A stretch of 64,000 nucleotides of DNA from Oikopleura dioica (lineage: Eukaryota > Animalia > Chordata): positions 11,842,001 through 11,906,000 of the forward strand of contig OU015567.1 in NCBI GenBank assembly GCA_907165135.1. The letters run 5' to 3'. The notes beneath the pieces were generated by a model, which was given only the letters and a program-made list of their open reading frames with translations, was not told where the DNA came from and did no database searches. Of the stretch, positions 1-9,829 are shown one piece after another. The number at the start of each line of letters is the position of its first letter. The stretch's first letter is position 1. Made by a program: the position numbers and the translations under genes.

Positions 1-2
1 AA

Positions 3-113
3 GCCATCTCAGCAAGCTCGTTTGAAATCAAACGAGAAGAGTACAAGATCGCCAGCTGGTTCAACGCAGTCAAGGCTGCTTGGTACGAAGAAGACGATCA
101 ACAGGAAGATTGA
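3..113 (+). CDS. 3' end of an unidentified gene entering from the left edge (...AISASSFEIKREEYKIASWFNAVKAAWYEEDDQQED*)
   Basis: Open frame 3 runs to TGA at 111-113 and is followed by AT-rich sequence. No family recognised. Confidence 0.45.
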   Translation, partial: AISASSFEIKREEYKIASWFNAVKAAWYEEDDQQED

Positions 114-299
114 TCAAAAAATTTTTTCATTTATTTATTCTTTTTGTTAGTTATACAGTATATTCACCACCCTGCCACTTACACTGAATAAATATTCACA
201 AATTGAAACTCGGCGCGCAATCGATGCAGCCCAAAAAGCAGGCGCCATAACGCGCACACATGCGGGAGAGCACGGTGTTCCACTCGCGCTCCGTTCCCC

Positions 300-486
300 A
301 TCGCTTCCGGCCTTTGTGGCTAAGATCAAGTGTAGTATCTGTTCTTCTCAGTGTGACAGCTGGGACCGTCCCTACTGGGACGTCTATTGTCACCCTGATT
401 TTTGGAACTAGGGATGTAGTTAGGGGCTTGCTCCGCTCTTCCCACGGGTTGACTCGCTATTGCAGTACCGGCGAGCTCGGCCCACT
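300..486 (+). ncRNA. U2: U2 spliceosomal snRNA
   Basis: 5' end ATCGCTTCCGGCCTTTGTGGCTAAGATCAAGTGTAGTATCTGTTCTT matches U2. Branch-point recognition GTAGTA at 332-337, Sm site ATTTTTG at 398-404, stem-loop IV loop ATTGCAGTAC. Stems IIa (TCTCAG/CTGGGA) and IIb (CGTCCC/GGGACG) are compensated, as is the IIc pairing (GTGACAG/TTGTCAC). Confidence 0.97.
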
Positions 487-519
487 CCCCCACGGGGGAG
501 AAACATAATCGGAACAAAC

Positions 520-820
520 ATGAAAACCCGGTAACAGCCGAATAAATACCGTAACTAGTTATTCTCATTTGGGCCAGCTGTCAGGGGATATCCCGCTTCC
601 GAAATATGTACTACCGTTTGCCATTTTCTCAGAAGCAGGGCCGGATTACCGGTCAGAGTCAACACGATTCCTGAGCGCTAAATACGAATCAGAACTCAAA
701 GAGCATGAGTACGAGAAACTCACAAATAAAAAACGAAGAAGTTTTCTGTCGAGGGTGCCATTGTACAGGAACACTCTATGTTTCCAATGGACAGGTCAAC
801 CTTGTTCCTTTCCCGTCTAA
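520..820 (+). CDS. Candidate small secreted peptide precursor (KKRR followed by a two-Cys peptide)
   Basis: C-terminal ORF ...KKRR-SFLSRVPLYRNTLCFQWTGQPCSFPV*. A 41-nt GT-AG intron joins it to a signal-like frame (ILIWASCQG). AATAAA lies near 875. The first exon junction is off by one base. Confidence 0.45.
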
Positions 821-940
821 GCCCCACTTCTTCACCCAGAAGTTCGGCGTTATCTTTCACAAACAGTAAGATCAATAAATAATTCAAAATCTTGATTGAA
901 TATTAGCGGTGGCGGTACCAATCGACAATGGGCTGCGTAC

Positions 941-2820
941 ATGAGTTTGGGAACAATTTTCTGGTTATCAATAGTGCTAATAACAAATTATATTGGGCTC
1001 GAGAAGCTCACTTCTCATCTGACCTTCTTGACAACTACGTGCAATAGAGAATACAAAGTTTGCATCCAGCGTGGTCTCTTTTATGATGACTGTGTTGATG
1101 CATTTGATGACTGCAGAGGGACGAAAGTATTTAAATTCCCAGAATATCATCATTATTTGGAAGCTCATATTCGAAGGCCGATTGTACAAGACATGTATAA
1201 TTACACAGAACTTGAACAGATAACGAATCGCAAAAGATGCAAGAGTTATGAGTTTTACGACTTAAAGATTTGCAGGTCTCTCTGTCCTATTCAGGGCGAG
1301 GGAGTTTTAGAATGCAACACGATATGTCGCCAACTTCTTGGGAGTAAAACTGGACTTTGGGGACTTATATGTCCTGGAGACGAGCTATGCCCAAATGGAT
1401 GTCCATGTCCGCATTATGAGTGTGAACAGATTTCAGATAATAGCATGCTTCAAGTTGGTTGGTACTCTGGACACTTGGATGATTATTTTGACCCGGCATT
1501 AATCGGGCCTGTTGTTATGAACTCGTGGTATGAACTCTCGGAGTTGACAATCATGAGGATTGATGGATCCTTACTTGCCCTCTATGACTATAGAACTGGT
1601 AACAAGACTATTTATAAAAACGTTCATTTTGGAAGACCATATGGGGTAAACTCTGGATGGAATGGACATAATTTTGGGGGGTTTGAACGTCCTGATGCTG
1701 ATTATTACGATTCGTATGGTAACGCGGTTCATTGGGCACCAGCTGAAGTGGACAAGAATAATGTTTATGTCATGCAAGCAGAACCAGCGACTTCGGTTTT
1801 CTACGAAGGAAGGATTTTATAGTTCTTCTCTAAAGATTCTGCAGCGATTTGAAATAATAATTTATCCTTCTAAAGATGAACATTATTTAGTAACTATGGA
1901 TTTGAGGGTGTTCAAGCTCCTTCATGATGGGAACATAGATGATCTTAACCTAGACATTGACCATCGCAGGATGTTCCGTTATGAAAGGATAAAATTTAAT
2001 CAAGGAGGAGTAGTTGCCGGTTTTAAAGGTCGCATTTATTTTTGCCAGCTCCACATACTTCGAGATGGTTGCTACTACGCGCTTTTTGAGAAAAATGCCA
2101 AGATCTATAGATTGAGTGGTAACAAAAATATCTTCCATAGAAAGAAGCTAAATGAACTCAACACTTGTAGCATATATTCCAAATCGTCACTCCGCAAGAT
2201 CGCATATGACAGTTTGGGACGAAGAGCTTCATATTAGTAGTGTGAGGTTACAAATGGGAGCATATGGCTATTTCAGTGAAAATTATATAAGAGTTTCAAG
2301 CTCGTCTAATCCAGGTTTGGAAACTTATCCCGTACGCTTGATAATTTTGAAGCTATAAAATGGACAAGAGATGAAAACATGCGTGGCTCTTATTCATCTG
2401 TTAGAAATTACTGTTTTCCACACTGTAATGGAGATATTTATCTGAATGATGCTTTTCCGATTCCCGATCGAGAGGGCGTGCTTATTTTAGCGACGTACTC
2501 ATTCAATTTTTTCGATCTAGCCACCCACAGCTGGGAATGTAATAGATTACTGGTTGCTTACAGGTTTTCCATCATAAAGAAAAATATCTTTCTTTTGTAG
2601 AATCAGGAGTGGTATCTTCGTAAAAATCGATCATAAGCTCATCTACTACAGAAACAACAACTTTAAAATTTTCGACATCAAAGCCTTCGAATCTTACGGA
2701 GATATTGCAATTACTACGAACCAATATGACGAGACAAAAATTATAACATGGGATTTAAATGAAGAAAGGATGGTTATATCAAGGAAGGTCTTGTTTGACA
2801 TTGATCTGATTGCTATCTGA
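941..2820 (+). CDS. Secreted or membrane-anchored Cys-rich protein (CPxxxxCPNGCPCPHYEC motif) with a beta-rich C-terminal region; multi-exon
   Basis: ORFs 896-1822, 1662-2237 and 2379-2600 plus a terminal exon ending TGA at 2818-2820. Hydrophobic N-terminus MSLGTIFWLSIVLITNYIG. AATAAA near 2862. Internal junctions uncertain. Confidence 0.6.
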
Positions 2821-3122
2821 ACTTAAGACATTAAATTTGCCAAATTGCGATTTTTCTGCTCAAATAAAAACTTAAGAAATAAAGTTTTATGACCTTATTT
2901 CATCCAGAGACGTGTTCTTGCAATGTTTATTCAAGGCTGAACTTAGAAGGGGTCAAGGGCAGTGAGGTGCGTGAAGATAACCGGGTTAAATGGGTAGGGT
3001 GTCAGTGGATGAGTGCTCTTGCGAAGAGAGAAATCGAGCACAATCATTGTCAAGCTTAGCAAATTATGTGAGCGGGAATGGGAGGTGAAGTTCCAATGAT
3101 TTATGTACAGAGAGCGGGGAGT

Positions 3123-6100
3123 TTACTCGATCTCTTTAACTCCTCGCTTGATCCAGGCCAACCATTCTTCTTTGGTGTGTTGCGGCGCTGTGACATGCAT
3201 CAAATCGGCAGCCTTTTCAAACGCGACTCTGAATGAATGAATGCCATTTGAATACTTTAAAATATTAAATCACCTCAGCTTGTTATCTGATTCCTCAGAG
3301 CTAGACTCGGAGTCAGAAGTCGAGGGTGCGACAACTGTGTTGTCGATTTGTTCGGAAGTTGTATCATCATTCTCATCAAGATCGTCCATCTATAGAACTG
3401 TAATCTCATAAAGTGCATTGATTAGTACCTTTTCGGCGTCGATCAGCGGCTGAGCATCCTTTTCTACGGCATTCGATTGGATGGATTGCCGATCTTTTTT
3501 CATGAACGATCCAGGGAACTTCTCGATAATGTCCACCCCATCGACGAGAATGAGCGCGTCAGCTGTCACTGGGCCAGTCGCGTTGACATTCTGGATCGTT
3601 TTTGGCATTCCTTCCTTGCTGTAGATCTAAAAAAGAGTCGAATTAATGGGTGTAGGGCGGCCACGTTCTGCAGCAGAACGGCGTTCTGCAAATGCAGAAT
3701 GGCGTTCTGTAAATACAGAACGGCGTTCTGCACTCAAAAAATATATGCGCTTCGCGCCTGTCTTAAAGGAAATCTCAGAATTTCTAAAGTCAGGAGTTAC
3801 TATTTCAGCATAGCTGAATGCGTTAAAACTGAAAAGAATCAAGTTACATCGTTAAAAAAAATCCTTATGCAGAACGCCATTCTGCATTTGCAGAACGCCG
3901 TTCTGTATTTGCAGAACGCCGTTCTGGCAGAACGTGGCCGCCCGTCACCCGAATTAATGATTGCCTCATTCGGTTTTCTTACCTCATCGAGAAAGTTGTT
4001 AACAGCTTGTTCGTCGCCATCGAATTGCCAGCCAGACTGAACGAAAAAGTACATCATCGGCTCTTTGCATTGCTCTTCCGTGATCTTTCGACAGGACTGC
4101 TCGTAGTTTTCATTCTTGATCTCTGTCTCGTTTCCATAGTCGACGAAGAAGACTGTGAAGATGTGATCTTTCTTCTCCATGACACAGGCTCTGTACCAAG
4201 ATTTATCTTCGTCCCACTGCGCGATGATGAAATCACCTTCTTCCGGCAATTCGAGCAGTCGGTCTTGGTGAGGCGCGCATTTCTCAAGTTCCTCCTGAAG
4301 CACGTCAAGGCGTTCTTCGGGATCACCTCGAGCGATAAGGAAGCCATTTTTGTCGAAAGCCTGGATTTGAGTATCCTCGTCTCCTCGGAGCGGAATCGTA
4401 AGCCTTTGATCAGAGGCCTCTTCTAAAGCTGGGCTCTCGGGTGTGTTCTTTTTGGGCTCTTCTTCTTCAGCTAATGAAACTCGGGTAACTCCTGTTTCCT
4501 CGTTGCATGAAACAGTTGTCGGTTGAATAACAAAGTCCGGATTTTCATCAAGGCTTTGGTTGAGGTCCTCGAAGTACTTGTCTTCCGCGTCTGCGAAACT
4601 CAACATCGAGAAGGCCGCCGGACGGGCATATTCTGCGGACACTTCCCAAAGATCTTCAGCTTTCTTCACAGAACTGGAGTAGCCGAAATCTATCCAGAGC
4701 AGCACAAACTCACCCCCGCTATTGATATCAATAATCTGAGCTCGTGAGTTCCCGTCCGGGGTTGGGGAGATGCAGAAGTCGCCGATTTTGGGATTCATGA
4801 TCTGCTTTTTGTTCTTGATCGCATCGAGGGACTCGGTGAAGCTTTCAGTCCAGTCAAGGTCAGAATCGGCCACGCTTCCAATCACATAGTATTGGCCGTT
4901 CATTCTTACAACGTCCGAAACAAGAAGCGACTGAGACGGGCCCGAGTAACTCTCGTAACGGATGAGGTTCACTCGGTTCGATCCTTCTTCCGCCATTTCT
5001 TCTACCTGCTCGGTGGCTTTCTCGCTGCCGCAGCTCTCGGAAATAGGCTCTTCATCCTCCGAAATAGATGGGAGAGAGTGTTTTTCAACAAGAGGAACTT
5101 CTTCCTCGTAAATTTCTGTTTTTGGGATGACCTCGGGCTCTTCCGAAGTTTCCCCTTCGAACATTCCGGAAAATTTATCCATAAGAACGATGTCTTCTCC
5201 ATCAATGAGAACTTTCGCGGAGGCGGAATTCGGGCCAGATTGAACAACGCCCTCGATCTCTTTCTTGACTTTGTTGTTCTCATAAATATCATCAAGAAAC
5301 TGGTTCACAGTTTCTTCTTCTCCATTGAATGGGCATCTGATATTGACCCAGAAGAAAAACATCGGTTCTCTCGCCTGCGCTTCGTCGATCTTTCGACAGG
5401 AATCCCCAACGCACGACTTGGTAATCTCTGCGCAATTTCCATAGTCTGTGAAAAAGACGAGAATGTTGTTTTCATCTTCGCTCTGGACGAAAGCACGATA
5501 CCATCGGTCGTCTTCCTCCCATTTCGCAATGATGAAATCGCCAATAGCTGGGGGATGCGAAAGCTGTTGCAATTTGAGGGCTTCAGATTGAAGACGATCG
5601 TCGAGACCTTCCAACTCGCTTGATTCGTCCACACGTGCGACAAGGAAGCCTTTTTCTGCACAAAACTCCTGAATGCCCACGACGAGTTTGTCTGAGCTTG
5701 GAATCTGAATAACAACTTTTGGATCAGAATCTCCAGGGGCGGATTCAGAAGGTGCGTCCTTAGTGTTTTCCACGTTCTTCGATGCTGTCGGGTCCTCAAG
5801 CGAAGAATTCTCTTCGGATTTTTCAACATCGCTCTCATCTGCAACGGACGCTATCTCGTCCGCCTGATTAGACTCTTCCTCAACAGACTGCTCCAATTCA
5901 AGATTATTGATCTTGCTGTTGTTTGATTCTTCAAACTAAAAAAAGATTCCTTTATCTATACTTAGGAGTAAAAAACCTTGTCAGAGTCGAGAACTGGCTT
6001 GGAATCTTCTTCTTGTTCCTCCTCGTCGTCCTTTGAGGAAGTAGACATACCCTCCGATTTGAACTTTCCAGGGAACATATCCAGAATATCCACTCCATCA

Positions 6101-9100
6101 ACAAGAATAAGAGCGCTCGCCGAGATTGGTCCGGTCACTTTTATTGCCTGCAACTTTTTCGCCATTTCAGCTTTGTCGTAAATCTAAATATCATTATTTT
6201 AAAATATCAAAAGAATAATGGTCGTTTACCTCTTCCAAATAGGCATTCACAGCGTCTCTATCGCCATCAAATACCCAGCCAGAGTGTACCATAAAGGACA
6301 TCATCGGCTCGTCGCACTGGGTATCGAGTATCTCTCGACAAGATTTTGGGCATTTGTCATTGCTGATTTCTGCCTCGTTTCCAAAGTCAACGAAGAAAAC
6401 CTTGAAGCTGCTATCGGTTTTCTCTACGACGTAAGCCCTGTACCAGCAGTTGTCTTCGTCCCACTGCGCGATAATGAAATCGCCGACATTGGGAAGCTCA
6501 AGAAGTGGACTCTGGCTCGGTGCAGCCTCATCAAGATGAGTCTGAATTGCTGTTAATTTTTCTTCTGTATTTGTAAGAAGGACAATGAATCCTCTCTCAG
6601 GGACAAATTCCTCGATAATGACGTCCGTAGCTTCCACGGGCACTGGAATCTTGAGATCTGAGGCTTTCTCTGGGGCTTCTTCTAAAGCCGGGGTCAGAGG
6701 AGGTTTAATGTTTACAGCCTCTTTTTTCTCAGATCGAACGCGAGTTATTCCTGTTTCTTCATCACAGGAAATGAAGGCTGGTCCAATTTCAAGCTCTGGA
6801 TTTTCATCGAGGGCTTTCGTCATCTTCTCGAAGAACTCGTCATCTTCGTCTTCAAAGTCCAAGAGAGAACACGCTGCCGGACGACCGAATTCAGAAGTCA
6901 CTTCCCAAAGATTTTCAGCCCCTTTGATAGTGCTGAAGTATCCGAAATCGATCCAAAGAATCTCGAACTTCTCATCGCCAGAGATCCCCATGATCTGTCC
7001 TCGTGAAGTTCCATCGGACGTTGGAGAGATGCAGAAGTCACCAACTTTTGGAGAAGCGATCGGCTTCTTATTTGATATCGTGTCGAGGGACTCCGTGATG
7101 TTTTCTATCCAGCTAATATCAAGATCGGTCTCATTCCCAACGACGAAATATTTTCCACATTTTTGTACGATGTCTAGCACGACGAACGGCTTGTCTGGGC
7201 CCGAGTATCGCGCATACGGGATGATGTTCACCCGGCCTTCAAGACACAAGTTCTCTTTGTCTTTCTCTTCGGGCTCGTTGTCTTTTTCAATATTGGAACT
7301 GGGTTCTTCTTCTGGTACAGAAGGAAAAGAGCTTCGTTCGGAAGAAACTTCCTTTACTTCGTCTTCTGGCTTGGATAAAGACCCAACAGAGTTTTTCGGA
7401 GTGAAAGAGTTGGAAAGTTTATCAGAAAGCACGATATTTTTTCCATCGACGTAGATTGTAGCAGAGACTTTATTCGTTCCTAAACGCTCGATTTCAACCA
7501 CTTGTTTTTCAGCTGCCGGATCCTCATACAACTATAAAAAAGTTTTATTAATAATCATTACATAATTTATTATACTTCATCAAGGTAACTGCTGATCGCT
7601 CCCATATCGCCAATAAAGCGATAGCCAGTGTCCACCCAGAAGAAGCCCATCGGTTCTGCAGCCTGCTCTTTCTCAATTTCACGACAGGAGTCCGCAATGT
7701 AGGACTTCTCGATGACAGCGTTGTTGCCATAGTCGACAAAGAACACGACGAAACTGTCTTTGTCCTCGCTGACGACGCAGGCACGGTACCATCGGTCATC
7801 CTCGTCCCATTTCGCAACGATGAAATCACCAACTTCAGGCGCTCGCGAAAGTTTCTGTAATTTTTGAACCTCTGTCTGAAGACGAGCGTCGGAAACCTCG
7901 AAAGAGTCGTCCAAACGTGCGACGAGGAATCCTTTTTCTGGGCAGAACTGTGTAATATCCGCAGAGATTGATTGTGGAATTGGAATCACGAGCTTTTCAG
8001 TTTGAGCTGGAGTTACCAAGATTTTCGAGTCAACAGCTGCATCCGTGGTCGTAGACTTCTCGATGATCGTGCTACCAGTCACAGTTTCCTCTTCATATTT
8101 GGCCTCTGCTTGGTCTTTAGCCTCACTTGCCTTCGAAGAAGCGTATTCAATCGAAGAAGATACAGCGGAGTCTTGAACATTCGCATGACTGTCAGGAAGT
8201 TTTTTGTTCGCTGGCTCGACAAGAGTAATTCCAGTGACTTCGTCAAATTCAACAGGGGCGACGGTAATTTTGATGTCTTCAGTCGAATCTTCGAGTTGTT
8301 TTACTAAATCCTTGACAAACATAGAATCGTCGCTGCTGAACTTGAGCAAAGAACAAGCAGCGGGACGGCTGAACTCTTTAGCAACTTCCCAAAGATCTTC
8401 CGAATTTTTGGTAGTCGACAAGTATCCAAAATCGATCCACAGCAAAGTGAATCCTTTTTCATCGATGGTAGTTATTTGTGCTCGAGAGTTTCCATCCTCG
8501 GTCGGAGAGATACAAAAGTCGCCAACTTTTGGAGCTTCGATCACTTTTGCCTCGTCGCCCTTGATTTCGTTGAGAGTCTCGGTGAATTCGTCGATCCAAT
8601 CGTTGTCGACTTCGGGAGCATAACCGACAGCGAAGATTTGATCGCCCATGCGAGTAATGTCGCTGACGAAAAAGTCATTGCCGGCGAATCGTGTGTAGGC
8701 AATGCAGTTCAAACTGGGCTTGACGGCTGGTTCTTCGGCTTTGTCGCTTGTAGAGAATGCACCGGACTCCGAAACCACACTATTGTCGGCGGACTTGTCT
8801 CGGGGCTGTCGGATGGTCACAACTGTAATTTCGGGGTCCTCTTTGGTGGCATGGAAAAGAACATTCAAATTTTCAGTCTCTGGCGTAAGATTCTCTGGCC
8901 AGACTGCAGGTGTGCATCTTAAATATCAACTTAGTACGAAAATAGATCTATAATAATCTTTATAGGAATCATATCACACCTTCTGACAAAAGGGGCAAAC
9001 TCGCTTAGTTCTTCTGTCAGCTTGTAGGCCTTCTTGAACTGGGTCGCGTAGCCGTGATCACAAACTCGGGCAATTCGAAATTTGAGTAAACTCGAACTTT

Positions 9101-9368
9101 CCACAACACCCCGACAGTAGTACTCTTCGCCAGTTTCTTCGTCTTCCGCCAAAATAACGTAACATTCACCGATGACGATGTCTTTCGCGGGGACGTCAAC
9201 TTTATCCGCGTCTCCAAAACGAAGGCAGATTTCGTCAATCTGTTCTCCTTCTGGATCGCTTTGTTGAAATAGCCAAATGCAGTCGGCCTCGACGACACTG
9301 ACTGCCATTTTGACGTAGCCGTCATCACGGCCCGGCCATTTTTTCTTCGGGAGATCTTTGAGCTTCAT
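3123..9368 (-). CDS. Multi-Tudor-domain protein (8 extended Tudor domains; TDRD6/Tudor-like)
   Basis: ORFs 8931-9392, 7570-8868, 6194-7531, 5962-6165, 3839-5896 and 3390-3608 join through GT-AG introns. Four GDFI(I/V)A(K/Q)W..D..WYRA...(F/T)DYGN-type domains (one has DFGN), three GDFCISPT.DG.SR.QI...WIDFGY domains and one N-terminal Tudor. Stop TAA at 3123-3125. Confidence 0.85.
3648..3950. mobile_element. MITE (303 bp) inside a Tudor-gene intron; GG...CC termini, 8-bp TSD
   Basis: TSD GAATTAAT at 3640-3647 and 3951-3958. TIR GGGTG..GGGCGGCCACGTTCTG / CAGAACGTGGCCGCCC..CACCC with inverted subterminal GCAGAACG(G/C)CGTTCTG repeats. Removing it leaves a normal ~45-nt GT-AG intron. Confidence 0.9.
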
Positions 9369-9829
9369 CCCGCTCGTAAGTTCGTTACACACGCTAAACT
9401 AACAAGAACGTTATAGTAAGAGGTTTGAAACAACAAGAAAGAGGTACAGAAAATCATTAAATAAATTAAAGATGAAAGGTTGTTCAAATTTTGAGAATAT
9501 TGAACACGATGAATAAAATTCATTGACCGAGCAAATTTTTCGACACCCAGAATCTCTAGAATAACTTCCTCTAATCCGGATGCAGCGAAACGTGTTGAAA
9601 ATTGGGTCAATAAGTTCACATCTAAGTGTGCTGGCCAATGAGCGTGAAAACGAGAGTGACTCATTCTGTCGGAAATCAGGTGCAGTCCACGCCTCCATCA
9701 GATGTTTAGGTTTAAATTTCGCGCACTCTTTCAAAACCTTCCTTCAATAACTCAGATTTGTAACTTCTCGGATGAAATAAACAGGTTAGCCTTTTATTTA
9801 CACTATGATTTGAAGAACAGATTTATTTT

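Noticed and set aside
1790-1880. Possible GA-AG intron in the Cys-rich gene
   Set aside because: A canonical GT donor a few codons upstream also restores the frame, so it is undecidable without transcripts.
3477-4040. ORFs with repeated RTAFC / LQNAVL
   Set aside because: Read-through of the MITE's subterminal repeats. The Tudor exon ends at the GT donor before the element.
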